A stretch of 64,000 bases of DNA from an uncultured Anaerolineaceae bacterium (lineage in GTDB: Bacteria > Planctomycetota > Phycisphaerae > FEN-1346 > JAACEH01): contig CAZCOA010000001.1 of NCBI GenBank assembly GCA_964500225.1, positions 15,978 through 79,977 of the forward strand. Reading direction: 5' to 3'. Positions 28,359 through 39,984 of the stretch are shown one piece after another; within the stretch, counting starts at the first letter, position 1, and each line of letters starts with the position of its first letter. The notes beneath the pieces are model-generated. The model saw nothing but the letters and a program-made list of their open reading frames with translations, searched no databases and was not told where the DNA came from. Both the position numbers and the translations under genes were made by a program.

Positions 28359-29771
28359 TCAGAACATCGAGAGCTGGTAACGTTCCATGGCGTACTTGCC
28401 GGTGTGGGCGCCGATGGGAACGGGGTAGCGACCGGTGAAGCAGGCGGTGCAGTAGTGGCTTGGCGGACGGCTGACGCAGGAGAGCATCCCCGGCACCGAG
28501 AGGTAGCCGATGGAGTCGATGCCGAGGAAATCGGCCACTTCCTTGGGCGTGCGGCCCGAGGCGATCAGCTCGTTGGACGTCGGGAAGTCGATGCCATAGA
28601 AGCACGGGTGACGAACGGGCGGGCTGCTGACCCGAAGGTGAATCTCCTTGGCGCCGGCGGCGCGCAAGGCCTCCATCTTGCCGCGCGTGGTCGTGCCGCG
28701 AACTACGGAGTCTTCGATCACGACGAGCCGCCTGCCTTCGACGACCTCGCGCATGATGTTCAGCTTTACCTGGACGCTGGAGGCCCGGTCGGCCTGGTTG
28801 GGCTGGATGAACGTGCGGCCGACGTAGTGACTTCGGATAAAGCCGATGTCGAGCGGAAGGCCGCTCTCGAGGGCGTAGCCGACGGCGGCCGAGTGGCCGG
28901 TGTCGGGGATGGCGACGACGACGTCGGCCTCGGCGGGTTGCTCGCGGGCGAGTTGGCGTCCGAGGTTGCGGCGGACGGCGTGGACCGAGTCGCCAAAGAC
29001 GTGGGAATCGGGCCGTGAGAAGTAAATATGCTCGAAGATGCAGTGCGACGGCCGGATGCGTTCCGGGTGGCAATAGGTGCTCGACCGCAGGCCGGTGTCG
29101 GTGATGTGGAGAATCTCGCCGGGTTCGATGTCGCGGACGCGCTTGATGTTGAGCATGTCGAAGGCGCAGGTTTCACTGCTGACGGCGTAGGCGTCGCCGA
29201 GGCGTCCGAGCGACAGCGGCCGCAGCTTGTAGGGGTCGCATGCGGCAATAAGACGGTCGGGGGCAAGGATCAGGAGGCTGTAGGCTCCTTCGAGGCGGTC
29301 CAGGACGTAGGCGTACGGGTCGGCCAGGTTCTGCGAGGCCACGCCGGCCAGCAGGTGGACGACGACTTCCGTGTCGTTGGTGGTACGGAAAATGGAGCCG
29401 CGCGCCTCGAACTCGTCACGCAGGAGCCGCGCGTTGGTCAGGTTGCCGTTGTGAGCGACAGCCACGGGTCCGCGGCTGTAACGAACGACCAAGGGTTGGG
29501 CATTCTCGATGCGGCTGGAGCCGGTGGTGCTGTATCGCACGTGGCCGATGGCGGCACGATTGCGAAGGGCCTCCAGGTCGGCCCGGGTGAAGACGTCGCG
29601 CACCAGCCCCATGCCGACGTGGTGCTTGATGGTCGAACCGTCGGTCGAGGCGATGCCGGCGCTTTCCTGGCCGCGATGCTGAAGGGCGAACAGCCCCAAG
29701 TACACCCGCTCCACGGCGTCCGGGTGTCCGAACACCCCAAACAGTCCACAGTACTCTTTTTTGTCGGTCAC
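28359..29771 (-). CDS. purF: Amidophosphoribosyltransferase
   Basis: N-terminal CGLFGV (Ntn Cys) followed by the PRTase domain. Confidence 0.9.
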   Translation of the reverse strand: MTDKKEYCGLFGVFGHPDAVERVYLGLFALQHRGQESAGIASTDGSTIKHHVGMGLVRDVFTRADLEALRNRAAIGHVRYSTTGSSRIENAQPLVVRYSRGPVAVAHNGNLTNARLLRDEFEARGSIFRTTNDTEVVVHLLAGVASQNLADPYAYVLDRLEGAYSLLILAPDRLIAACDPYKLRPLSLGRLGDAYAVSSETCAFDMLNIKRVRDIEPGEILHITDTGLRSSTYCHPERIRPSHCIFEHIYFSRPDSHVFGDSVHAVRRNLGRQLAREQPAEADVVVAIPDTGHSAAVGYALESGLPLDIGFIRSHYVGRTFIQPNQADRASSVQVKLNIMREVVEGRRLVVIEDSVVRGTTTRGKMEALRAAGAKEIHLRVSSPPVRHPCFYGIDFPTSNELIASGRTPKEVADFLGIDSIGYLSVPGMLSCVSRPPSHYCTACFTGRYPVPIGAHTGKYAMERYQLSMF

Positions 29772-29934
29772 GGACGGTCAATCCTCGTCGCAGGCCAGTG
29801 CCGCTGGCATCGGCCAAAGGATGTCCCGGGCAGGCATCGGATCGGCCACAGATGCGGCACATTGTATCGGCCCCCGGGCGGGCGGTCAACGCATCCGAGC
29901 AAGAGATTCCACCCCGGTCTTCCCCTCGGACCGC

Positions 29935-29974
29935 AAAAAAAACACTCCGCCACGGCCCGAAAGCCCCGGCGGAG
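29935..29974 (-). terminator. Rho-independent terminator downstream of the SBP gene
   Basis: On the minus strand: CTCCGCC-loop-GGCGGAG followed by UGUUUUUUUU. Confidence 0.6.
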
Positions 29975-30020
29975 CAACTGGAATACGTCAGGAATCGCGC
30001 CGAAACGTTCCTTCACGTTC

Positions 30021-31004
30021 TCAGCGTCGATCCTTGGGCCTGTCGGGATAGACCGGAACCAAGGTCGCCCCGCTCTGGATCGATTTGACCTTCTCGGTCA
30101 TCTTTTCCATGTTGGTGAGGGTGACAACATCGGGGTCCACGGTCATGATCTCGGGGAACAGAGTCTTGCGACGGGCCATATCGTCGAGCACCCGCACAGC
30201 CATCTGGGCCATGGCAGCCATCTGAGGCGCCACGACGATTTTGTTTTCATCCACGACCTTCATGCCGGCGACGCTGCTGGCCAGAAGCACAACACGCGCC
30301 GCCCCGAGCTTGGCCAACGGATTGCTGTCGCCGGTCGGCTCAGCGGCCGGATTGATGAGAATCCAGCCGGCGATGCTGCTCTCTTCGGCCATGACCTTGT
30401 CGATGGCCGCCTGCACGCCGCCCTCACTGACGTTGGCCCGCTCGGGTCCCTTGACCGAAAACGTGGGCTGATCGAGGAACTGAAGGATCCCCTGCTCCAA
30501 GGCCGCCTGCGTAGGCGTCTCGGGAGTGCTGATGACTGCCACCAGGCCGCCGTCCGGGCCGATCTTTTCGACCATCGTCGCGGCAATCTTACGTCCGACG
30601 TAGGTCAAATCGGTACCGATGAAGGTATTGCGGCCGATGCCGCCGACAGGCGGGCAGTCGCTGTAGAACGTCACCACGGGAATCTTCTTCGCAGCCAAGG
30701 CGGCGATGGCGGCGGCCACCTCGGGCGTCGCGACGGCGTCGATGGCCACACCGTCGGAGGTCTCGGCCTCCTTCAGGGCGGCCACCTGTTCTTCGGCCGT
30801 GGCGCCGGAAACAATCTTGATCGACGTGCCCTCCAACTTGGCCTTCATGGATTCGGCGGCCGCTGTCACTTCGTTCGGCGCATAGCGGGTGATCACCACG
30901 AAACTTTTGGCTTCGGGCTTCGCAGCCGGGGGCTGCTTCCGTTGACAGCCGACCGCCGCAACCACCAGCATCACCACCGCACTGACACAGGCGAGAAATC
31001 GCAT
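30021..31004 (-). CDS. Periplasmic sugar-binding lipoprotein (LacI/ribose-binding-protein fold), orphan SBP
   Basis: Internal ATG 31004 with AGGAGG 6 nt upstream. Lipoprotein signal (VVAAVGC). Type I periplasmic binding fold. Confidence 0.75.
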   Translation of the reverse strand: MRFLACVSAVVMLVVAAVGCQRKQPPAAKPEAKSFVVITRYAPNEVTAAAESMKAKLEGTSIKIVSGATAEEQVAALKEAETSDGVAIDAVATPEVAAAIAALAAKKIPVVTFYSDCPPVGGIGRNTFIGTDLTYVGRKIAATMVEKIGPDGGLVAVISTPETPTQAALEQGILQFLDQPTFSVKGPERANVSEGGVQAAIDKVMAEESSIAGWILINPAAEPTGDSNPLAKLGAARVVLLASSVAGMKVVDENKIVVAPQMAAMAQMAVRVLDDMARRKTLFPEIMTVDPDVVTLTNMEKMTEKVKSIQSGATLVPVYPDRPKDRR

Positions 31005-31152
31005 TGCCGTCCTCCTCTTGCGTGAGCGTCTGTCGGCCCCCGCTGGGGCGCGTAACACCGTATTACAGCTACACCTGCAAGCAAGCAGTGTACGGCGTCC
31101 GGCCCCGTTTGGCCAGAAAAAAAGGTTCTCACCGCCCCGCAGGCTCAACTGG

Positions 31153-31998
31153 CTACGCCGCCGGGGTCCGACGGCCATTCCAGCCGGCAATCACCTCGCG
31201 CAACTGATCCAGAATCCGCTCCGTCCGATCCACATGGTGCCCGTCCACGGTTTTCTCACGCCGCAGCGTGCGACCATCAAGGGCATGGCGGCTCAAGAAA
31301 AAATCGAACACGGCGTGCTCGTCCACACCGTCCAGCAACGGCAGGCCGCTCAGATACGACAGACAGGCCATCAGCCCATAGACGCCCCAGTTTGACGTCG
31401 TCGCCACAATGAGGTGGGTCACCCGGACGACACAGGGCCGTATCTCCAGGCCGGCCAACGCGTCCAGCACATTGCCCATGCCGATTTCGTTGCCGCCGTC
31501 GCCAATGCCGATGGTCAGGCACTCGGCTTCGTCGAACAGGACGCCCAGTTTGGCAGTGTAATCGCTGATGTCCTCGTGAGCCATGTTGTAGCACCGCCCG
31601 TCAGCGGCGTGGCCCGGACGTTCGATCGAAATCATGGCCACGGGCTGCCGAGCAGCAAGCAGCTCCCGCGCCGGGCGGAGGCTCTCCTGCATGCTCAGGA
31701 TCGGGAACTCGATTACACGGTACCGCTCGGCCAGGACATGGGCAATGGGCGGCGCGGCGACAAAGTGCGGCTGGAAACCCAGTTGCGCCAGGGCGTCATA
31801 CAATCCCACAGCGGCAATCGGTCCGTCCGTCTCGTACGTGCCCCGGACGGGAAACCCTGTGGCCAGCAGGACGCATCCGCGCGGACAGGCCCACAGCGCC
31901 TCGGCGGCACGCAGGCAATAGTTCGCAGGCAGACAGGCGGCCGCGCGCTCGATGCCGCGGTCGCCGTGCTGGAGAATCACCTCTTCGATGGTTCGCAT
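31153..31998 (-). CDS. DUF4392 (D-glutamate cyclase-like) family protein
   Basis: 281-aa C-terminal part of track ORF 31153..32973; the upstream part is Arg-rich antisense artefact. Family call from memory. Confidence 0.5.
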   Translation of the reverse strand: MRTIEEVILQHGDRGIERAAACLPANYCLRAAEALWACPRGCVLLATGFPVRGTYETDGPIAAVGLYDALAQLGFQPHFVAAPPIAHVLAERYRVIEFPILSMQESLRPARELLAARQPVAMISIERPGHAADGRCYNMAHEDISDYTAKLGVLFDEAECLTIGIGDGGNEIGMGNVLDALAGLEIRPCVVRVTHLIVATTSNWGVYGLMACLSYLSGLPLLDGVDEHAVFDFFLSRHALDGRTLRREKTVDGHHVDRTERILDQLREVIAGWNGRRTPAA

Positions 31999-32069
31999 AG
32001 TCCCACAGCATAGGCGCCCAGCGGCCACTCTGGCAACGGAAAACAGCCATCCGGCGCAGGCATGCCGGC

Positions 32070-34022
32070 TCAGACTCTCTGCCGTGTTTGCTGGTCGAAG
32101 GTAGCGACCATGGCTTTCATGCGGAACCAGGCGAACAGGGCATAGCCGGCGGCGGCCACCAGAACGCCGACGTGAACGCCGACCACACGGTACACGTCGT
32201 ACCAGATGCCCTGGGCATCGTAGCCTTCCTGGAACCGCTCGGGCATGATGCAGGCGTACATGGCCAGGAAGGGGCTGACCACGGTGGCGGCGTAGCCCAC
32301 CAGGGGAATCCAGGCCGTGATGCCGCAACAGCAGGTGATGGAGGCCGAGAAGCCGAGGACAACCAGGGCGGAGTACATGGCGGCCATGCCGCTGGACTTG
32401 GCCTTCAGGCTGAAGGTCATGCCGACGGTGACCATGGCGGCGGCGGCCGATCCGGCAACAAGCAACGGGTGCAGGATCGAGATCCACGGCCAGTTGCTCC
32501 AGGTGGCGCCGCCCCCGCCGAGGATCGGGCCGCCGCTGGGCTTGATGCGGTCCACCCAGGCCTGAGGCACCAGGTCGCCGAAGTATTGTTCCACCGGGAG
32601 CCGCGCGATCAGGAACGACCCGAGCGTGACGACGAGCATCATCACCAGGAACAGGCCGAGGTAGCGGATAATGCCGAGGGCCTTGCCGACGATGAAGTAG
32701 TGCGGCGTGATAGGGGTGGAGAGCATGATATCGAGGGTGCCCTGCTCGCGTTCGTAGCTGATGCACGAGGCGGCGAGCGTGGCTCCGACGGTGAGCATGA
32801 CGAACGTCTGGACCATGGCGACGACAAGAACAAACAGTCGTGCATCCTCGGCGCGGAAATGCGTGACCTTCATGACGAAGACGACGTAAACGGCCATCAC
32901 GCTCAGGAGGATGTAGAGGAACTGCACGAGGTTCCTTCGCGCGGTGGCGGTGCGTGTGGTGCGTTCGCGCCACGCGATGGGATTGTCCCAGACAGAGTGC
33001 GGCTTGCGGTGCCGCTTGAACTGGAAGAAGACGATGCCGACGGCGACGAGGCCCAGGATCATGGCCAGGACGACCAGCCCCTGAAGCGTCCCGAGGCGCG
33101 AGGTCAGCAGATAGCCGCCCAACGCCGTCAGCGCGGCTCCGGCGGCGATACCGAGGCCCATGGTAATCCGTTGGGCCAGCCGCCCATAGCCGCGCGCCAC
33201 GCGGCGGACCAGCACGGCGGCGAAGATAATGATGGCCAGGCTCAGCACCGAGCTGTAGACCAGGTAGCCGTACTCGGGATAGTGGACCCAGAACTCGCGG
33301 AACGTGACGTCGGCCAGAAGGGGCCGCTCGGTCTGCCCGGCGGCCAAGGTGCGTTGGATGGCCCCGACGGGGTTGATCCAGTCGAGCGATCCGGCCGCGT
33401 GGGCGCCGCCGGTCATGAGCGGCAGAACGTTGTGGTCGAGGGCATAGGTGCCGACCAGGTAAGCGACGATGAAGAGGAAAAAGCCGACCATCACGCGGCG
33501 GGTGCCGGTATAGAGGATGCCGATGGCGATGGCGACCGCACCGGTCAGCATGGCGGTGGCGGCGGCAATGCCGTAGCTGAGAAAGACGTCGCGCAGCTCG
33601 AAACCGCCGAAGTAGTAGAGCAGCGCGAAGAGCGGCAACGTGGAGAACAGAATCGCGAGCACAAAAAACAGCCGCGACAGGAGCGACCCGAGAACGATCT
33701 GGAGGTTCGACAGCGGCGTGGCAAGCAAGACGCTGAAGGTCTCGCTGTCGCGTTCCTGGGTGATGGCCCCGACGGTGTAGATGGGAGCGAGTATGAGGAT
33801 GAGCACGAGCTGCGCGTAGCTGACGGCATGGAAGAGCTTCTCACCGAGCTCGGCCAGAGCGGCTGTGCCGCCGAGGCTGCTGCCCAGTTCGCCAAGCAGG
33901 ATCACGACGAGCGTGGCCAGCATGACGACCAGGTAGCCGGAGCGCACCCAGACGTGTCGCGACCGGCGTCCCGACATCGTCAGGACACGAAGGAAAATCG
34001 GGTTGACTTCCGGGAACCTCAC
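32070..34022 (-). CDS. ABC-2 type transporter permease (large, polytopic)
   Basis: 650 aa, more than 12 predicted TM helices. Downstream of and almost contiguous with the ATPase gene. Confidence 0.7.
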   Translation of the reverse strand: MRFPEVNPIFLRVLTMSGRRSRHVWVRSGYLVVMLATLVVILLGELGSSLGGTAALAELGEKLFHAVSYAQLVLILILAPIYTVGAITQERDSETFSVLLATPLSNLQIVLGSLLSRLFFVLAILFSTLPLFALLYYFGGFELRDVFLSYGIAAATAMLTGAVAIAIGILYTGTRRVMVGFFLFIVAYLVGTYALDHNVLPLMTGGAHAAGSLDWINPVGAIQRTLAAGQTERPLLADVTFREFWVHYPEYGYLVYSSVLSLAIIIFAAVLVRRVARGYGRLAQRITMGLGIAAGAALTALGGYLLTSRLGTLQGLVVLAMILGLVAVGIVFFQFKRHRKPHSVWDNPIAWRERTTRTATARRNLVQFLYILLSVMAVYVVFVMKVTHFRAEDARLFVLVVAMVQTFVMLTVGATLAASCISYEREQGTLDIMLSTPITPHYFIVGKALGIIRYLGLFLVMMLVVTLGSFLIARLPVEQYFGDLVPQAWVDRIKPSGGPILGGGGATWSNWPWISILHPLLVAGSAAAAMVTVGMTFSLKAKSSGMAAMYSALVVLGFSASITCCCGITAWIPLVGYAATVVSPFLAMYACIMPERFQEGYDAQGIWYDVYRVVGVHVGVLVAAAGYALFAWFRMKAMVATFDQQTRQRV

Positions 34023-34055
34023 GGTGCAATCCTTTCCGGCAGGGTATCGAGAACC

Positions 34056-34982
<927 letters not shown>

Positions 34983-34995
34983 CTCGCTCTCCCGC

Positions 34996-37197
34996 TTAGT
35001 CCAGGCCACGAATCCCCGGAGGACCACCAATCGGAATCACCTGCCGAAAAACCACCAGGTGATCCTTTGCGTCGCAACGGGCCTTGCGTCCGTTGACGAT
35101 CAGCCCGTCGGGCAACTCCAGGTCGGCCACGCCGACCAGGACGGCATAGCCCGCGTCCAGCACATGCGTCAGGTCCATCGCACGCACGGACGCCTCACGA
35201 CCGATCACGCCGAGCACCAGCATCTGGAACCTGTCACGGGCGGCCTCCACCGGATGACGCCGGTACCGCTCGTAGAACGACGCCAGACAGATGTCACGGT
35301 ACACCTTGTTGGAGATCCCCTGTGCCGTCACGTCTTCGAGGTTCCCCGGCGACACCATACCGAACGTCGTGGCCTCGTCCAGGTACCAGCGCGCCCATTG
35401 CTTCAGCAACTCGGACGTCTCCTGACGGCGCACCGTGCCGACGCTCACGGTTTGCCCCGCCTTGATACCTTTGGGAAACTCGTAATAGGTCCCGTCGGCC
35501 ACCAACACGGCTTGGCGGATGTCTCGGTTGCCGCCGATGAGCGATCCCGACAGCGTGTTGCCCCAGAGCCGGATGTCGGCCGTCACGGGCGCAGACGCCT
35601 CGGCCCGCCACTGGCTGGTGAAGTGCCGCGACTGGTTGCTCTTGACGGCCAGCCGCTCGACGGCCAACAGCGTCGGCGAATGTCGGAATCGTTGGGGCGT
35701 CGTCGGCATCACGTCGAACCCCGCCGTGTTTCGCCGCAGCGCAATGGCGCCGCGCCGGGCTTCCAGTTCCACGTCGTAGAGCGACGAATCGGGGAACCGC
35801 AGGTGATGGAAGCTACGCCCGACCATCGCGCGGCCGTCACACGGAAAGTCCACCACCGTCAGCGTGCGGCACTGGGTGTCGCGGTTGCGCACTGCCGAGA
35901 CCACGGCAAAGCTCAGTCCCGCGACCGCCAGGCTCAGTCCCATGTACGCCGGCCACGACCAGTGCAGCCGCTGTATGCTGCGAAGCACCAGGTGCAGCAG
36001 CGGCCCGGCAACGACAATGTAGCCAAGCGTCATCAGGAGGATCGCCCAGACGAAATGAACCGACCCGTAACGGCCGCCCGGGATGATGAACTGGTCGGGC
36101 TGCCGGCCGACCACAAAAGACGACATCTGGACGTCTTCCGGAGGAATCGGCTGCTCCTTCAACCGATGAATGGCCACCTCCAGCGCAGGCGCCGCCGGCC
36201 ATTTCTGGAGCGTCTCGCTCTCGCTGTCGAGCCCCACCAGCACGACGCTTCCCATGCCGACCGCGCGACGCAGGATGACCGGGCGCCCGCCGCAGGCCAG
36301 CTCGACACGGCACTCCGGACCGGCGGGAACCATCGCCGGCACGAACAGCTCGCCCTGGATGGCCGGCGCCCCTTCACCGGCCATGCGCCGCAGCGGCTCG
36401 GTGTCCGCAATCGGCGCCAGAGGCCCGAGCGTCGCGGGCAGAATCTCGGCCAGGGGACTTCCGGCTACCTCCTGCCAGTTGCGGTTCACGAAGAATACCA
36501 GACGCCCCCCCTCCTCGACGAACTGGATGATCGCCCTCACCTGGTCCTCGCTCAGGTCGCGCTCGATACGCGGGTTCAGCAGCACCAACACATCGATGCC
36601 GTCGTACCCGATGGCACGGTTCGGCAGTTGCCCCGTCGCGATGGGGACAGCGTCGTAGTAGTGCGCATAGGGCCTGTACTCGCGCCCATCGGCCAGCTTC
36701 TGACGGTGAAGGATTGCTGCCTGGAGCCCCAGCGGCCGGCCCGAAGGACCATACGCGACGAGAACAACGGTCGCCGAATCGCTCAGCGGCTTGCTGCTGC
36801 CGCCCATGGCCTGGCGGTCGAACAATTGCACCCCACCGGGCCCGTCCAGGTACGCCGACGCACGGAACGGCCCCGCGCCCGGCCTCACGTAGAGCCAGAA
36901 CCGTTCGCGCTCGCCGTCGGCGCCGCTCGAGGTCAGCGTCACCGGCGTGCGATACTCGCCCGGCTCAGCCCCCGCGGCGCCCTCCGGATAAATGACCGCC
37001 TCGCCCTGGAACTGCATGTCGAGGGCCGACTCGATCAGCACCGGCGTCCAGCAATGCGGCCGAGCACGGTCGGCGAACCCGTAATGAATCTCCAGCGGCG
37101 GACGCTGCGCGTGGACCCTGCCCTGCCCGACCGCCGACGCGGCCAGCACGGCCAGCGCCGTCGCCACACACTGATACCACTGCCCAGATCGTCCCAT
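34996..37197 (-). CDS. Secreted/membrane auxiliary protein of the ABC-2 system (GldG-like, amidotransferase-like fold)
   Basis: Signal peptide, two internal TM helices. Stop overlaps the ATPase start region. Confidence 0.5.
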   Translation of the reverse strand: MGRSGQWYQCVATALAVLAASAVGQGRVHAQRPPLEIHYGFADRARPHCWTPVLIESALDMQFQGEAVIYPEGAAGAEPGEYRTPVTLTSSGADGERERFWLYVRPGAGPFRASAYLDGPGGVQLFDRQAMGGSSKPLSDSATVVLVAYGPSGRPLGLQAAILHRQKLADGREYRPYAHYYDAVPIATGQLPNRAIGYDGIDVLVLLNPRIERDLSEDQVRAIIQFVEEGGRLVFFVNRNWQEVAGSPLAEILPATLGPLAPIADTEPLRRMAGEGAPAIQGELFVPAMVPAGPECRVELACGGRPVILRRAVGMGSVVLVGLDSESETLQKWPAAPALEVAIHRLKEQPIPPEDVQMSSFVVGRQPDQFIIPGGRYGSVHFVWAILLMTLGYIVVAGPLLHLVLRSIQRLHWSWPAYMGLSLAVAGLSFAVVSAVRNRDTQCRTLTVVDFPCDGRAMVGRSFHHLRFPDSSLYDVELEARRGAIALRRNTAGFDVMPTTPQRFRHSPTLLAVERLAVKSNQSRHFTSQWRAEASAPVTADIRLWGNTLSGSLIGGNRDIRQAVLVADGTYYEFPKGIKAGQTVSVGTVRRQETSELLKQWARWYLDEATTFGMVSPGNLEDVTAQGISNKVYRDICLASFYERYRRHPVEAARDRFQMLVLGVIGREASVRAMDLTHVLDAGYAVLVGVADLELPDGLIVNGRKARCDAKDHLVVFRQVIPIGGPPGIRGLD

Positions 37198-37241
37198 TGA
37201 CCCGCTCCTTCAGGAGACCGTCAGGCGCCGATGGGTGCCCC

Positions 37242-39902
37242 TCACGGGGCGGCACTTGCGGCCGGCGCTGGCTGAGGTTCGGCCCGCGGCCACACATTGT
37301 CCGGACCCGGGTAGCGGAACACCCAGTAATCGGGGTCCAGCTCGACACGCAGCGGCTTGAACTCAAGACGCACGACCACGCGGTTCACTTCCTCTTCCAG
37401 AGGCACACGGCGCTGGATGTGCTCGGCGCCGTCGGCCCCGTAGAAGGCAATGTCCAGCGGCATCCGCCACGGCGATTCCGTGCCGGGCACCTCCTGCCGC
37501 ACCGTCAGCACATACTGCCCCGGCGTCGTTTCGTCGGCCGCCAAGTCGGCCACGACATAGTGCGGCAAATCCTTCCGCCGCAGCCACTGGTCGAAGAACC
37601 ACCGCATGTCCTGGCCGCTGACCTCGTCGGTCAACCGCCGCACGTCCTCGATGGTCGAGTGTTTGCCTTCGTACTCCGTCGCATAGCGCTGCAACACCGC
37701 AAAGAACTTCTCGTCGCCCAGGACATATCGCAGCGCGTGCAGAACCAGCGCCCCTTTCTCGTACACTGTCTGTCGGTAGAGCGGATTGTTCATGTAGCAC
37801 GAGGCCGGCGGCTCCACCTGCCGTGGCAAATGCACCAGGCCCTCGAAGTAGAAGAGGCCGTACTTCTCCAGGTGTCGCGTTAGGAATTCACGCCCGTGGA
37901 GCTTCTCGTTATAGAGGGCGTCGCAGTAGGTCGCGAACCCCTCACTGAGCCACATGCTGTAGCCCTTCTCGAACGAGATCGGCACATGGTTGCCCCACCA
38001 CTGGTGCGACAACTCGTGGGCCAGCAGACTCACCGGTACGTCGTCCGCAGGCAAAAAATGCTCGGCCAGCATCATCATGCCGGCCGGGCCGATGCCGCCG
38101 AGGATGACCGGCAGCCTGTCGATGGTAATCGAGATGCGCGGCTGCTTCAGCTTACCGAACTTTCCCTCATAAAACGTCAGGATGTCGCAGGCACGGTCGG
38201 CCAGCTTTTCGCCGTAGTCGCGCCTGGCTTTGTCCACGTAGGCGACCACCGTGCGGCCATCGGTCCACGGCCGCTCCACGGCCGTCCACGGACCATAACT
38301 AAAATAGAGACCGAAAATCGGCGTCTGCGACACATACCGCCGCACAGTGCCTTCGCCGCTCGGAAACGTCAGTTGCCCCGCGGCCGATACCTCGTAGCCC
38401 TCATCCGGCAGCCGGAACGTCACGTCCGTCGTGTACATGTCGCCGTAGATGGTCAGCGGGTACCACAGCCCCGCGCCGATCGCGTAACCGGTCGGTCCCA
38501 CGCGGACGCGCATGTCGCCGGTCATCGTCTGCACGATCTGCTGCATCTGTTCGTCACTGGGCGACTCGCCGGCGGCCAGGTTCACCCCCTCGGGCACCGA
38601 TTGCGGCGCCTCGAACTTGCCGGCCGCCTTGAAGGTCAGCGTGCCGCCCTGCCCCGTGGCCAGAGTTTGCGGCAACCGGATGCGCACCACCTCGCGTTGA
38701 CGCGTCGCCGGCGACACGACCTCGGCCGCCCCACCGCCGAACTTCAGATTCTCCAGCGTCATGCCGGCGTTGAACTGAAGCAGCAGCTCCGCCGTCGCCG
38801 GGCCGTTATTCACCAGCTCCATGGCACCGGCCACTTCCAACGTCCCGTCGGCCGGCACCAGACGCACCTCCATCGTGTAGCTGATCGTGTCGAGCTTCTG
38901 GGCCAGAAGGTCCTCGAACTCTTCCCACGGAAACGCCTTGTCCAGGGCGGCGTCGTAGATCGGCGCACCGTAGTAATCCTTCTCGTACCGGCGATCCTTC
39001 TCCTTGAGTTGCTTCTGCTGCGCGCTGTCGGCCTGCTGCGCGTAACGAGCCCCCTTGGCCGTGCCCGGGTGGCGCTGGGCAATCTTGCGGGCCATCTCGG
39101 CCGCCCGCTCCTCATCGTTCAGCTTCTTGGCGTAGATCTCGTATTGCCGTTCGTTGGCCCGGTCCACGTACTGACTCTGCGGAAATTCCTCCGCCAGACG
39201 CTTATACATGGCAATCGCGTCCTGCGGCATCTCGGCCTCCTCGAACCAGCGGCCCAGTCGGAACAACGCCTCGTCGGCGTACTTGCCCTTGGGAAACTTC
39301 TCCAGATACCGCCCCAGACGCGTCTTCACCTCGATCGGCGGATCCTGAAGCTGATCCTGCCACAGCCGCGCCGCTCGGATCAGGTCTTCCTCCACGCGAG
39401 GGCTGTCCGGGTGCTCCTCGACGAACTTCTCGCGCAGGTCCACGGCTTCCTTGAACAGTCTCAAGGCCGCTTCGCGATCCGCCTTCTCGGCCTGACCCAG
39501 TTCCTCGCACAACTCCGCCATGCGATGGATGACGGTTTCGGCCTTGTCGCTGTCGGGGTGATGGGTCATCAGGTCGCGGTACCGCTGAAGCGCCCCGGCC
39601 TTGTCCTTCAGCAGCTCGTCGTAAATCTCGGCCACGCGCTGCCGCGCGTCGTCGTGGAACCCGTCGTCGGTGAAGTCGGTCCAGACCCGCTCGTACTGGC
39701 CGATAATCTCCTGGCGACGGGCGGCAAGCTCCTCGCCCGCCAGGTCGGCCGCCTCGGCCTGGAGCTTCACCTCGGCCTGCTGCGCCCGGCGATACTGCTG
39801 TTCGGCCGTCCGCGGTTGCATCAGGTACCACGCCAGACCGGCCGCCGCCCCCAGCGCCGCCACGACTACCACGACCATCCAGAGCTTGCCTTTCATCGCC
39901 AT
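37242..39902 (-). CDS. M1-family zinc aminopeptidase with N-terminal membrane anchor and TPR region
   Basis: HELSHQWWGN...WLSEGFATY (HExxH-x18-E). TM anchor at the N-terminus. Start MAMKGK with GAGGAG RBS. Confidence 0.85.
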   Translation of the reverse strand: MAMKGKLWMVVVVVAALGAAAGLAWYLMQPRTAEQQYRRAQQAEVKLQAEAADLAGEELAARRQEIIGQYERVWTDFTDDGFHDDARQRVAEIYDELLKDKAGALQRYRDLMTHHPDSDKAETVIHRMAELCEELGQAEKADREAALRLFKEAVDLREKFVEEHPDSPRVEEDLIRAARLWQDQLQDPPIEVKTRLGRYLEKFPKGKYADEALFRLGRWFEEAEMPQDAIAMYKRLAEEFPQSQYVDRANERQYEIYAKKLNDEERAAEMARKIAQRHPGTAKGARYAQQADSAQQKQLKEKDRRYEKDYYGAPIYDAALDKAFPWEEFEDLLAQKLDTISYTMEVRLVPADGTLEVAGAMELVNNGPATAELLLQFNAGMTLENLKFGGGAAEVVSPATRQREVVRIRLPQTLATGQGGTLTFKAAGKFEAPQSVPEGVNLAAGESPSDEQMQQIVQTMTGDMRVRVGPTGYAIGAGLWYPLTIYGDMYTTDVTFRLPDEGYEVSAAGQLTFPSGEGTVRRYVSQTPIFGLYFSYGPWTAVERPWTDGRTVVAYVDKARRDYGEKLADRACDILTFYEGKFGKLKQPRISITIDRLPVILGGIGPAGMMMLAEHFLPADDVPVSLLAHELSHQWWGNHVPISFEKGYSMWLSEGFATYCDALYNEKLHGREFLTRHLEKYGLFYFEGLVHLPRQVEPPASCYMNNPLYRQTVYEKGALVLHALRYVLGDEKFFAVLQRYATEYEGKHSTIEDVRRLTDEVSGQDMRWFFDQWLRRKDLPHYVVADLAADETTPGQYVLTVRQEVPGTESPWRMPLDIAFYGADGAEHIQRRVPLEEEVNRVVVRLEFKPLRVELDPDYWVFRYPGPDNVWPRAEPQPAPAASAAP

Positions 39903-39984
39903 GTCTCCTCCAGATTCCGTGCGACAGGCCGGTGCAGCCCACATCAGGCAACCTCGGTTCGATGTGGACAATCCGGATAGGCTC

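Noticed and set aside
27265-29073. 602-aa ORF spanning purM and overlapping purF.
   Set aside because: Only the 3' 323 codons (from MTTPRS) align to PurM. The upstream part is Arg-rich and overlaps purF in another frame.
31153-32973. 606-aa ORF.
   Set aside because: Only the C-terminal 281 aa (DUF4392-like) are plausible. The N-terminal portion is antisense to the ABC-2 permease.
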